Of a DNA stretch of 64,000 bases, positions 28,782-37,934 are shown in pieces. The notes under the pieces were generated by a model. That model saw nothing but the letters and a program-made list of their open reading frames with translations. It ran no database searches and was not told the DNA's origin. The first letter of the stretch is position 1. The number at the start of each line of letters is the position of its first letter. The stretch comes from Ignavibacteriota bacterium (GTDB lineage Bacteria; Bacteroidota; Ignavibacteria; Kapaibacteriales; UBA2268): the NCBI GenBank assembly GCA_020437395.1, contig JAGQWJ010000003.1, forward strand, positions 2,973 to 66,972. Direction: 5' to 3'. The translations under genes were made by a program, and so were the position numbers.

Positions 28782-29450
28782 TTATTTGGGCAGTTGAATG
28801 TGACCTTTCATTTCCATTTCTTCAATTACATCTTCTGCAAATCTTTCAATTATCGTTTCAATATCCATACCTAGCATATTAACTTGAGCAGAGGTACTTG
28901 AGTATCCTTTCCAAGCTACTTTATTCGTAGCTACATCTATTAGGTCAGCTTGGAACTGGTTGTTCATAAATACATCTACATCATTAGTCACATAAGTGTT
29001 CGACTCAGTGATAGTAGCGTCTTTCCCGTTCTTTTTCTTTATGGTTCGCGTCTCGGTATTAGTATGAACCTGAGGTGTGACTCTTTCATTGACGTTTTCA
29101 TCAACTATTTCTACTTTTATGAAACCATCGAAACCATTTTTCAAAAGCTGTGCCTGGAAATCAGCTTCATCCCAGGTCCGAGTAGGTGGGAATATCATAG
29201 AACCCTCAACTGCATAGAGCCCAGCATCTTTGAATTCCCCTGCAAATACTCTTTCAACCAAAGCACGTCTGTTTAGGTTTTGCTCTACCGAATAGACGCA
29301 GAATTTTGAGTATTTCTTATTAATAAAATCTGGGTCGGTATATGATGTTGTCTCAATAGACACGCATGAGGTCGCAACAATTGATAATGTCACTATCAAC
29401 ATTAGGTTTTTATAATTGTTACTAAGTTTAGAAAGTATATTAGTTTTCAT
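28782..29450 (-). CDS. DUF4136-like lipoprotein (paralog A)
   Basis: Lipoprotein signal (LSIVATSC). ADLIDVATNKVAWKGYSS motif. Paralogous to 29522-30124. Confidence 0.6.
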   Translation of the reverse strand: MKTNILSKLSNNYKNLMLIVTLSIVATSCVSIETTSYTDPDFINKKYSKFCVYSVEQNLNRRALVERVFAGEFKDAGLYAVEGSMIFPPTRTWDEADFQAQLLKNGFDGFIKVEIVDENVNERVTPQVHTNTETRTIKKKNGKDATITESNTYVTNDVDVFMNNQFQADLIDVATNKVAWKGYSSTSAQVNMLGMDIETIIERFAEDVIEEMEMKGHIQLPK

Positions 29451-29521
29451 TTAGATCCTTTTGTATTTTTTTAGTTTTGAATTTGAAAATACGAATCACG
29501 AGAGTATAGGTTTCATTGAAT

Positions 29522-30124
29522 TTACTCTATATGACCCTTTTCTTGTAATTCTTCAATAACACTCCTCGAGAATTTCCAGAAAAATCCATCTCTATTAAAT
29601 TGATTTATCTCGTAATAATTAATTGGTTCAGAACTACCAACCCAAGCAATTTTGTTAGTTTTTACATCAATTAAATGAACAGAAAATCTGTACCTTAGAT
29701 TAGAATTAAAATCATTTTGATAATAATTGTCTAATTCAAATTCACTTTCTTCAGGGTAATTGTTAATATTGTCATATACAACTTCAAACTTTAGAAAACC
29801 ATCTGTATTATTATTCAATAGCTCTGATTGAAACTCATTTTCATCTCTTTCTTTAGTAGGTGGGAATAATTCTGAACCCTCAATCGCTTCTACATTGAGC
29901 AGTTGTAGTTCTTCTACCATCATTTTTTCTAATAATGACCTGTAAACTAGATTTTTATCGTATGAATAGATGCAAATTTTGTTATATTTTTTCCCTTTGA
30001 ATTCTCTATCAGAATAGGATGAGGTAGTGACCGTATAGCAGGATGTTGCCAATACAGAGACTAAAGCAATTAAAATTATGTTTTTATAGTTCCCTATTCT
30101 TCTATTTATTATTTTAGTAATCAT
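29522..30124 (-). CDS. DUF4136-like lipoprotein (paralog B)
   Basis: Lipoprotein signal (VSVLATSC). Shared blocks with paralog A: KKY.K.C.YS, EGS..FPPT, LIDV.TNK.AW.G and EE...KGHI. Confidence 0.6.
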   Translation of the reverse strand: MITKIINRRIGNYKNIILIALVSVLATSCYTVTTSSYSDREFKGKKYNKICIYSYDKNLVYRSLLEKMMVEELQLLNVEAIEGSELFPPTKERDENEFQSELLNNNTDGFLKFEVVYDNINNYPEESEFELDNYYQNDFNSNLRYRFSVHLIDVKTNKIAWVGSSEPINYYEINQFNRDGFFWKFSRSVIEELQEKGHIE

Positions 30125-30258
30125 TTTAACTCCTTCATTGAGATGTGGCGATTATTGTTAGGGTATGAGATATTAAAAATAAATTGTTCAATACTACTTC
30201 ATAGCATTAAATACTAATTAAATTAAGAATAGTTTCAAATAAAATAGGATAAATAGAT

Positions 30259-30648
30259 ATGAATTACTCATATAGCACGAAAGTTAAAGGTGATTTCGAA
30301 GAAGTAATAGCGAAAGTAACAGAAGAATTGAAGGCTGAGGGCTTTGGAGTATTAACTCAGATTGATGTTACTAAAACATTAAAAGAAAAAATAGACGTAG
30401 ATTTTAAAAAGTATCGTATATTAGGTGCTTGCAATCCGCACTTTGCACACAAAGCACTTAGCCACGAAGAAAAAATTGGTGTTATGTTGCCTTGTAATGT
30501 AATTGTGGTAGAAGCAGGTGATGACTTATATGAAGTATCGGCTGTTAGCCCTATGGCATCTATGCAAGCAGTAGAAAATGAGAATTTGGGTGCAATAGCA
30601 ACAGAAGTAGAAGATAAATTGAAAAATGTAATTAATAGGTTGAACTAG
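30259..30648 (+). CDS. DUF302 domain protein
   Basis: EEVIAKVTEELKAEGFGVLTQIDVTKTLKEKIDVDFKKYRILGACNP is typical of DUF302. Confidence 0.75.
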   Translation: MNYSYSTKVKGDFEEVIAKVTEELKAEGFGVLTQIDVTKTLKEKIDVDFKKYRILGACNPHFAHKALSHEEKIGVMLPCNVIVVEAGDDLYEVSAVSPMASMQAVENENLGAIATEVEDKLKNVINRLN

Positions 30649-31272
30649 TTGAGAATAATATTTGTAATATTATTAATCTTAATTCCTGGGAGCATTACTT
30701 TTGCCCAAGAGCTCCCCGGGGGTCAGTTTGACCGTTACGAAATTGCCCCACGCAAAACTAATGCTGAGAACAAAGCTATGGTAATTGCTAAGTATAAGCT
30801 AACTACCAATGACAACTATTCTATGAATGATATAGGAATTAGAATAGGAATCTATGCAACCGAAGATTTAGTAATAGGAGCACATTATTTCTATTTATTC
30901 GATAACTCTGTGGTATTCAGTCCTAATAATAATGATCTGAAAGCGGCATTGCTATATGACTTATTTGGTGTAAATGTAGATTATTTCGTTTCTAATAGTT
31001 ATAGCCTACCTATCTCAATAGGTCTGAATTTGGGAACAGGACAAGCTACATTTACAAGCTTTGGAAATTCCCCAGTAAGTGACGACCTAACTGGGGATTG
31101 GCTATTTAGCATTGAGCCAGAAGCAAATATATTTTTTCATCTAACAAATACTTTATTAGTTGATTTCAATGTAGGATATCGCTTAATATCAGATTTGGAA
31201 TATAGCGGAATAGAAAACTCCGATATTTCGGGTTTTGTGGGTGGAATTGGAATTGCTTTAACAATTCAGTAA
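30649..31272 (+). CDS. Putative outer-membrane beta-barrel protein
   Basis: TTG start immediately after the upstream stop. Signal peptide ending TFAQ. Alternating hydrophobic beta-strand-like pattern. No specific family recognised. Confidence 0.4.
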   Translation: MRIIFVILLILIPGSITFAQELPGGQFDRYEIAPRKTNAENKAMVIAKYKLTTNDNYSMNDIGIRIGIYATEDLVIGAHYFYLFDNSVVFSPNNNDLKAALLYDLFGVNVDYFVSNSYSLPISIGLNLGTGQATFTSFGNSPVSDDLTGDWLFSIEPEANIFFHLTNTLLVDFNVGYRLISDLEYSGIENSDISGFVGGIGIALTIQ

Positions 31273-31424
31273 AATTTCAAGACAGACATAATTCTTTATA
31301 CATTAGCAAGATACTTCGAATAGTTAAGAACATTGTTTTGAATTAAAAAATAATTTTTGTTAATTGCTCATTGGATTTTGTTGCAAAATAAAATTCAGCT
31401 ATTTCAAACAACCATAAGGTTAAC

Positions 31425-32135
31425 TTGGATTTATCTATACTCTTTGGATTCATAGTTGGTGTTGTTTTGGCTCTACCACCTGGCCCGGTAGGGGTCTCAG
31501 CTATAGAGATAGGGTTATTCCAAAATAAGAAAGCAGGTTTTCACCTAGCTCTTGGCAATGCCATAATGGATTTTATCTACTGTTTGAGCGTAATTTTCGC
31601 CACTTCAGCGGCTATTTCTACGCTCAGTAGTTTTTCTAAGGATTATCCAGCCGCTTATTTAGTTTTCCAAATTGGTGCTATTTCTGCATTGTTTATTATA
31701 GGCTTTCTTAATTTAAAAGCAAAAAAGAGAAAAATAAAAAAGAGTGAACAAGCGACTAGTGGCTATGCATCAAAATTAGGCAAAAAAGGTCCTTTGTTTT
31801 TGGGAATCGCAATTGCTCTGACTAATCTTGCTAACCCAACATTTTTACCATCATTAGCATTTGTAACTGTATGGGTTCATGAAGCAGGCATGACCTCTGG
31901 TGGAGCTGTTTCAAACTTTTTATTTGCTTTGGGTTTTGGTTTAGGTAATTTATTTTGGGTAAACTTCTTAGCTTCCATAACTAATAAGTATAAGCACAAA
32001 TTCTCATCTAATATGATATTCCGAATAAAACAAGCAGCCGGAGTTACGTTCATCGGTTTTGGTACTTTCCTTGGCTTCAGACTAATATCACTTTCAAAAT
32101 GGCCTGAAATGCTTCGTTTATTGCTTGCCTTTTAA
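31425..32135 (+). CDS. LysE/RhtB-family amino-acid exporter-like membrane protein
   Basis: N-terminal ...ALPPGPV... motif and about 6 TM helices. TTG start. Confidence 0.6.
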   Translation: MDLSILFGFIVGVVLALPPGPVGVSAIEIGLFQNKKAGFHLALGNAIMDFIYCLSVIFATSAAISTLSSFSKDYPAAYLVFQIGAISALFIIGFLNLKAKKRKIKKSEQATSGYASKLGKKGPLFLGIAIALTNLANPTFLPSLAFVTVWVHEAGMTSGGAVSNFLFALGFGLGNLFWVNFLASITNKYKHKFSSNMIFRIKQAAGVTFIGFGTFLGFRLISLSKWPEMLRLLLAF

Positions 32136-32174
32136 TTTCAATAATATATGTGACATTCAACCGCCTAAATAACT

Positions 32175-33332
32175 ATGAAAAATGAGTATGATATAATAGT
32201 TTGTGGTGGAGGTATGTCTGGGCTCAGCTTAATATATAGGGCGTTGAAAGCCAATATTTGGTCTAATAAATCAATAATTCTAATTGATAAAGAGATTAAA
32301 ACTGCAAATGACAAAACTTGGTGCTTTTGGGAAAATACGATTTCACCTTTTGAAGATGTTATTTTCAAAAAATGGAAAGAAATGTGTTTTTTTGATATAG
32401 AAGACAACGGATATTTGCTAAATACTAAAGATTATAGCTATAATATGATTCGTAGCTCTGATTTTTATAACTATACTTTTGATTATATAAAATCTCATAG
32501 CAATTTGAAAATCGTTAGAGAGGAGATTAAAAGTATCAGTAACACTGCAAGTGGATGTGAAGTTCTTACTGATAGCTGCAATTATCATGCGGAATTTGTT
32601 TTTAATTCGGTTTATCAAAAACCAAAACTTAAAGAAAATAATACTTATTTACAGCAGCATTTCAAGGGTGTAATAATTGAGTCAGACAATCTTAATTTAG
32701 ACCCAAATAAAATTCACCTGATGGACTTTAGGACTAGTCAAGAATATGGTGCAACATTCTTCTATGTACTCCCAACTTCTGATAATACAGCTCTTGTAGA
32801 ATACACACTGTTTTCAGAAAAGCTATTAGACCCACATATTTACCATCAAAGATTAAAAGAGTATATAGTTAATATTCTAGGTATAGCAGAATATAAAATT
32901 ATAGAAAGTGAATTTGGCGTTATTCCAATGACTGACTATCCATTTGAAAGAACAACTGGTAGTATTATAAATATTGGTACAATTGGTGGCGATACACGTG
33001 GATCTACTGGATATACTTTTTCCAATACCCAAAAAACAATAAGTAATATAATTCAGAATTATAAATCAAAAGAAACACCTTTAGGAATAGAAGAACATAT
33101 CTCAAGAAAACATAGAATATATGATAGCACGATGCTAAAAGTATTAGCAGGCGGTAAGTACAAGGGGCATCAGCTATTCACAGATATGTTTACTAAATCA
33201 AAAGCTTATGATATTTTGGCATTTCTTGATGCCGAAAGCACACTTTTGCAAGATTTTGGAATTATAAAAAGCTTAATACCTCAGTATTTTTTCAAGCCAT
33301 TTTTTCAAAGTTTATTACAAAGTAAAAAATGA
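32175..33332 (+). CDS. Lycopene cyclase family (CrtY-like) FAD-binding protein
   Basis: YDIIVCGGGMSGLS dinucleotide-binding motif. Length and pattern resemble the FCB-group lycopene cyclase family. Confidence 0.55.
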   Translation: MKNEYDIIVCGGGMSGLSLIYRALKANIWSNKSIILIDKEIKTANDKTWCFWENTISPFEDVIFKKWKEMCFFDIEDNGYLLNTKDYSYNMIRSSDFYNYTFDYIKSHSNLKIVREEIKSISNTASGCEVLTDSCNYHAEFVFNSVYQKPKLKENNTYLQQHFKGVIIESDNLNLDPNKIHLMDFRTSQEYGATFFYVLPTSDNTALVEYTLFSEKLLDPHIYHQRLKEYIVNILGIAEYKIIESEFGVIPMTDYPFERTTGSIINIGTIGGDTRGSTGYTFSNTQKTISNIIQNYKSKETPLGIEEHISRKHRIYDSTMLKVLAGGKYKGHQLFTDMFTKSKAYDILAFLDAESTLLQDFGIIKSLIPQYFFKPFFQSLLQSKK

Positions 33333-33561
33333 AAATCAAATTAGTTGAATTTTTATAAATCTAGACTTATTTGGGCCAAATCCATTAAAATCAAATAATT
33401 AATAAAAATTAATTTAAGCAGTTCAAATATTCCTATGATATTATAATTCAATTACTTATATTGTGAAAAATGATATTTCTAATAAAAAAAAGTAAAAAAA
33501 AATTACATAAACTTGAGACGTTTTTGCTGTTCATGTGTCTTTATAGTTAGAGGAATTACAA

Positions 33562-34128
33562 ATGGACAAAAAGTATAGTAAATATTCCGACTTTGAGTTG
33601 TTCAACTTATTAAGTGGAAATCAATCTGAAGCTGAATTGGCTTTCGGAGAGCTATACTTGCGCTACTCTCAGAATATATATGCTTATTGTCTTAGGGTAA
33701 CTGGTAACAAGGAAGATGCTAATGACATATTCCAAGAAACATTTTGTAATTTTTTCAATAGTGCTAAGACTAAACCCGAGACAAAAAGTGTTTCAGGTTT
33801 GATGATTACAATAGCTCGTAATCTATGTATAAACCACACTCGCAGTAAGAGAATACACATAGATTTGGAAGAGTACAATCTGCAGACTAATGACACTGGC
33901 TATGAGCAAAAAGAGTTACTAGACTTAATATCTAATGCACTTGAGCTATTGGAATTCGAATATAGAGATGCATTTATATTGCGACAATATCATGGTTTTT
34001 CTTATAAGGAAATTGGAGAAATAACAAATGCTCCAGAGTCAACAATAAGAAATAGGTATTGGCGAGCTAAAGAAAAGATTAAGGAGATATTATCCCCTTA
34101 TTTACAAGAGATATCAAATAATAAATAA
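33562..34128 (+). CDS. ECF-type RNA polymerase sigma factor
   Basis: Region 2 (YAYCLRVTGNKEDANDIFQETF) and region 4 HTH (SYKEIGEITNAPESTIRNRYWRAKEKI). Confidence 0.85.
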   Translation: MDKKYSKYSDFELFNLLSGNQSEAELAFGELYLRYSQNIYAYCLRVTGNKEDANDIFQETFCNFFNSAKTKPETKSVSGLMITIARNLCINHTRSKRIHIDLEEYNLQTNDTGYEQKELLDLISNALELLEFEYRDAFILRQYHGFSYKEIGEITNAPESTIRNRYWRAKEKIKEILSPYLQEISNNK

Positions 34129-35382
34129 TTGAGTTTTACAATGTCATATAACCAAATGATACACGAATACTTGGACACGGGTTTAAAACAACCCGAAGAA
34201 GATGCTTTATTTCAAGCTTTAGCGTCGGACCAAGCTCTGAGAAGTGATTTTCAACAACAGCTAAGTATAATGAAAATAGCTTCTAATGATATGGCGAGTA
34301 TTTCGCCACCAATTGAAACTACTAATGCGGTGTTTAGCAGCTTGGGTTTTTCCATCCCTTCCAGTGGGGCACCTAGCATTGCTGTCAATGAAACTAGAAG
34401 AAAACCAGGAGCTACTATTTTCGCTTCTGCAACTGGGGTTGGAATTCTGAATATTCTTAAAAATAATCTATCAACTTTAGTTTCTATTGCCTCGGCAGCA
34501 TTAATCTCTACATTCCTATTTATGACATTTGACAAAGGATTACCTACAATTGACAATGGTGCAACAGGTGTGACTCTGGCTCAAAATTATTATGACGATG
34601 CGTCGCATGCTAAACTACCTTTGTTAAGTTCTGTAGATAAATCGAACGATAATAATCCTACAACTATTCAAGGAAAGAAAGGCAATACACTAAATAAGAG
34701 TACATCATTTGCAACCATTGAATTAGACGATGAAGTGAGCGCTGATAAAAATAAAGCATTTGATGCGATTGAGAATTCGCAAAGTAACTCAAAAAAGAAT
34801 ATAGCTAACAATATTCATAAGATAAATGAGAATGGTTACGCCATAGTTAAAGTAAATAAATTGAATACTAGTAATGATTCACCGATTGGTTTTCAATTTC
34901 CAAACCAAAGTCTTGAAGAGAAAAGTGGTTTTGCATTAGAACTGAGGGGAGCTAACAATCCTGATGAAACAAGTTTACTAAACGATATGATGATTGGTGT
35001 GAACTTTGAGTTCATAGATGATTTTCATGCAATTGGAATGATTGGGAACGAACAATACGTAGTCAGAGTTGCTAATCCGCTTTCGGCGGGTGAGCTAGTA
35101 CAATATTCGAACGAATCGATGGTATCATTTATGGTTGGGTTGCGTTACGCCCCTGATGAACTAATTTTAGACGGACTTATTGTGCCTTATGTACAGGCAA
35201 GTGGTGGTGGTATTTCCAACGGGTTTGCTGGTGGATTTGAGTCTGGTTTGATGTTGAATTTGAGCAATAATTACTCATTCCTTGTTGGCTATGGCAAACA
35301 ATTTGCAAGATATAATTTCGAAGGAAATCTATACAATACTAACAAAGACGGAATAAACTTCGGATTGAGGTATTCTTTCTAA
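34129..35382 (+). CDS. Putative anti-sigma factor / membrane protein with C-terminal beta-rich domain
   Basis: Abuts the sigma gene. N-terminal anti-sigma-like helix, a single TM helix (LVSIASAALISTFLFMTF) and a C-terminus ending ...GINFGLRYSF. The true start may be the ATG at 34141. Confidence 0.55.
   Translation: MSFTMSYNQMIHEYLDTGLKQPEEDALFQALASDQALRSDFQQQLSIMKIASNDMASISPPIETTNAVFSSLGFSIPSSGAPSIAVNETRRKPGATIFASATGVGILNILKNNLSTLVSIASAALISTFLFMTFDKGLPTIDNGATGVTLAQNYYDDASHAKLPLLSSVDKSNDNNPTTIQGKKGNTLNKSTSFATIELDDEVSADKNKAFDAIENSQSNSKKNIANNIHKINENGYAIVKVNKLNTSNDSPIGFQFPNQSLEEKSGFALELRGANNPDETSLLNDMMIGVNFEFIDDFHAIGMIGNEQYVVRVANPLSAGELVQYSNESMVSFMVGLRYAPDELILDGLIVPYVQASGGGISNGFAGGFESGLMLNLSNNYSFLVGYGKQFARYNFEGNLYNTNKDGINFGLRYSF
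35314..35382 (+). repeat. Direct repeat, left copy (authentic 3' end of the anti-sigma-like gene)
   Basis: About 63 of 69 positions are identical to 37834-37901 by hand alignment, with one 1-nt indel. Confidence 0.85.
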
Positions 35383-35442
35383 TCTTTATGGGTATTGTAT
35401 ATATAGGCTAAGATGGATTTGAGAGTAAAACGAAAGGGAAAG

Positions 35443-36096
35443 TTAATTATTCGCTTTTTCTTTAATATTAATAATTTGTAGTATAGAAATTATTATGATT
35501 ACAAAGGATAAGATGTGAGTTACTCTTACATCATAAATTTGCATAACCCATTCATATCTATGAAATTCTGCAATGAATCTAAGTGTAAAATATAAGATAA
35601 AGTAAATATAAATTATTATACCTCTAGTTTGTTCATATATATAATAGATTGTATGTATAATCACAGCAATTATTAGTATTCCATGTATTTCAAAGAGTTG
35701 TAACGGTAGTTTTTTAGATACCAATGGTATTTCAATAAACCCAGAACAACAATTAGCGAAATAACAGCCAATTTTACCTACAAACTGAACAATAACTAGT
35801 CCCAAAGCGAAGAGTTGGCTATTAAAGTTTAACTTCCAGTATGAGACAACTAATTCAGTTATTAATAGTCCAGTTAAAGAAAAAAATGCAGACTGACTTA
35901 AAAATTCCCAGTTACTAGGAGAAGGGTTATAGAACAGGTTAAATCCAATATTTCCTATAATATAAATAAAAACCAACACTCTAAAAAATTCTAAAGTGTT
36001 GGTTAATTTACTTTCGGTTTTTAATCTGCTATATGCAATAATATATATAGTAGCCAATATTAGACCATACAAAACCCACAAATTATACTCATTCAA
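35443..36096 (-). CDS. Lgt-like (prolipoprotein diacylglyceryl transferase family) membrane protein, short paralog
   Basis: Motifs YGL (N-terminus), GKIGCYFANCCSGF, PLQLFEI and YFTLRFIAEFHR resemble Lgt blocks. At 217 aa it is shorter than typical Lgt. Confidence 0.5.
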   Translation of the reverse strand: MNEYNLWVLYGLILATIYIIAYSRLKTESKLTNTLEFFRVLVFIYIIGNIGFNLFYNPSPSNWEFLSQSAFFSLTGLLITELVVSYWKLNFNSQLFALGLVIVQFVGKIGCYFANCCSGFIEIPLVSKKLPLQLFEIHGILIIAVIIHTIYYIYEQTRGIIIYIYFILYFTLRFIAEFHRYEWVMQIYDVRVTHILSFVIIIISILQIINIKEKANN

Positions 36097-36112
36097 CTTT
36101 GTATTTCTCTCT

Positions 36113-36952
36113 TTAGTCAGTTAAGAGAAATGAAATTCGATGAGTTGACTCGCCAATGACCAAAATTTGATTTCCATTACTTAAATTGAGATAATGTGGC
36201 TCAAAAAGTGTAACTGACAAGTCAAAAGTCCCATTCACATTTATGTTTGATAAGAAATGCGAAATATCTACACTTCCTGAATTATCTTGATACCAAGAAG
36301 CCCCACTAACAACTGAATCAGGTAAAATTTTGGGATCAAAGCTATTAGTATGTGAAATTCTAATAAAAGCTTTTGTGGCACTTACACTCCCTGACCAATT
36401 AAGAGTAAAGCCAGTAGATTTAGATATAGTATCACCTCGATCCAAATTCGTAATAGAAATTTCTTGTCCCAAAGTAACACTATCTTGTAATCTATTGAAT
36501 AAGCTATTACTATCTATTTCTATTCTATTAACACCTGTTCCGAAGCGTGTGTCAAATTCGTCAGGTTTAGAATTACTATACTTTCCTTTAGAGTTTCTAG
36601 ACATGTCAAAAGCATTAATAACAAAATCATTAACATCAAAGCCAGAAAAAGCAGAAGTAAACAAACCCGCATTTGCAGAGTAAGATATTCCTTCATAATC
36701 AGACGAATCTACAACATTGTTAATAGTAAATATTTCATAAATTTTGTTATTTTCTTTTTTAAGGAAAATAACACCATTTAATGAGCCATTATCCCAGTCA
36801 TCTTTTATTTCTTCAAGAGAAGTTACATCTCCACTACTCAATTAACCAAAGAGATTTCCCTCTGGTTGTGTACTTTTATCTTTTTTACATCCAATCAACA
36901 AAAATATTGGTAGTAAAACAGCTAATGCTATTAAGTTATTTTTATTTTTCAT
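36113..36952 (-). pseudogene. Lipoprotein gene interrupted by one in-frame TAA
   Basis: ATG at 36952 encodes MKNKNNLIALAVLLPIFLLIGCKKDKSTQPEGNLFG. A TAA at 36844-36842 follows, and the same frame then continues as the 242-aa ORF 36113-36841. Confidence 0.7.
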
Positions 36953-36967
36953 TTTTGATACCTTTAT

Positions 36968-37711
36968 TTAATAATTTGAGAAACAATGAGGACAATTATC
37001 CGAAATTTCTATTTCAACATTATGCGGATTATCACAAGGATCAAAATCCTCTTTATCTAATTCTATTTTTTTAACCTTACATTTCCCACCATTTGGAAAT
37101 TCAATTACCCCATCTATTGTGGATTTGTCATAATCCATATCTATACAGTATTTAGTATGCTCTTGATTAATACACTTAACATCTCTCGGAGGATCATCTG
37201 ATAACGGCCAAGACCTTTTTACGGTATGTTTTTCCTTGAACCACCTTTTAGCATCTTCACAAGTCATGTTATCTAATTCAGATTGAGTGGAGTCTCTTCC
37301 ATGCTTCCATCTAAATATTTCTTTATAACTGTATTTTCTATACGAGTCTTTTGACCAAAAGCCTTAGTTTATTTCATACCCTTCAACGTACCTAGAAGTA
37401 GTATTACTATTATCAACTACTGCATTGGTCGAATGGATAACCCCACCTTTGGGTTGATAGAACTCAAATGGATGGTTTACATCAGGGAAATCTTGAACCT
37501 CACCAGTTGATGTATTCATATACTTCTTTTCTTCTCTCAGTTCTGATAAATGAAACTAACTACCACTTAAATTCTGGTTTGGACAAGATTCTGGCTTCAT
37601 TGTAAAACAAATTTCAGGATCTCCACAACCTTCATCACAACTTGATGATAATATTAATACAGTTATCGAAAAAATTAAAAGTAAAATTAATTCTACAATT
37701 CTTCTTGCCAT
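36968..37711 (-). pseudogene. Cys-rich putative lipoprotein gene interrupted by two in-frame stops
   Basis: A single frame runs from the ATG at 37711 (MARRIVELILLLIFSITVLILSSSCDEGCGDPEIC...) to 36968. It contains a TAG at 37558-37556 and a TAA at 37366-37364. I checked it codon by codon by hand. Confidence 0.7.
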
Positions 37712-37765
37712 ACACAACACCATTTAATTTTTATTAAAACAACCCATATCTATGACAAAAATAAA

Positions 37766-37807
37766 ATAAGATAAGATAAGATAAGATAAGATAAGATAAG
37801 ATAAGAT
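37766..37807. repeat. Pentanucleotide microsatellite (ATAAG)8
   Basis: Eight perfect ATAAG units plus a partial unit, 55-96 nt upstream of the ATG at 37711 (minus strand). Confidence 0.95.
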
Positions 37808-37833
37808 GCAAATATAAATCGTTAATAAATTTG

Positions 37834-37901
37834 AATTTGAGGGAAATCTATACAATACTAACAAAGATGGGATAAACTTCGGATTAAGGTATTCTTTCTA
37901 G
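37834..37901 (+). repeat. Direct repeat, right copy (duplicated gene 3' end, ...NLYNTNKDGINFGLRYSF*)
   Basis: Aligns with 35314-35382. It keeps the reading frame and a stop codon (TAG instead of TAA). Confidence 0.85.
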
Positions 37902-37934
37902 GGGATCTTTTGAAGATTGTATTTGCGAATAAAA

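Noticed and set aside
33480-33561. ECF-type autoregulated promoter (AAC ... CGTC) upstream of the sigma factor gene
   Set aside because: Candidate -35 and -10 elements (AAACTT ... GTCT) are spaced about 22 nt apart, outside the usual 16-17 nt. There is no convincing match.
36113-37711. Alternative genetic code or programmed recoding as an explanation for the in-frame TAA/TAG codons
   Set aside because: TAA and TAG serve as ordinary terminators for most genes in this window. Both stop types are involved, and no SECIS- or PYLIS-like context is evident. Nonsense mutation or sequence error is more parsimonious.
37766-37807. Possible CRISPR array
   Set aside because: It is a 5-nt tandem microsatellite without spacers. 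No CRISPR-like repeat-spacer structure or cas gene is visible anywhere in the window.
35383-37833. Integrase, transposase or recombinase genes within the repeat-flanked island (also sought in 15753-18342 and 54560-57640)
   Set aside because: No ORF shows tyrosine or serine recombinase or DDE transposase motifs. The mobility of these islands therefore remains an inference from composition and flanking repeats only.
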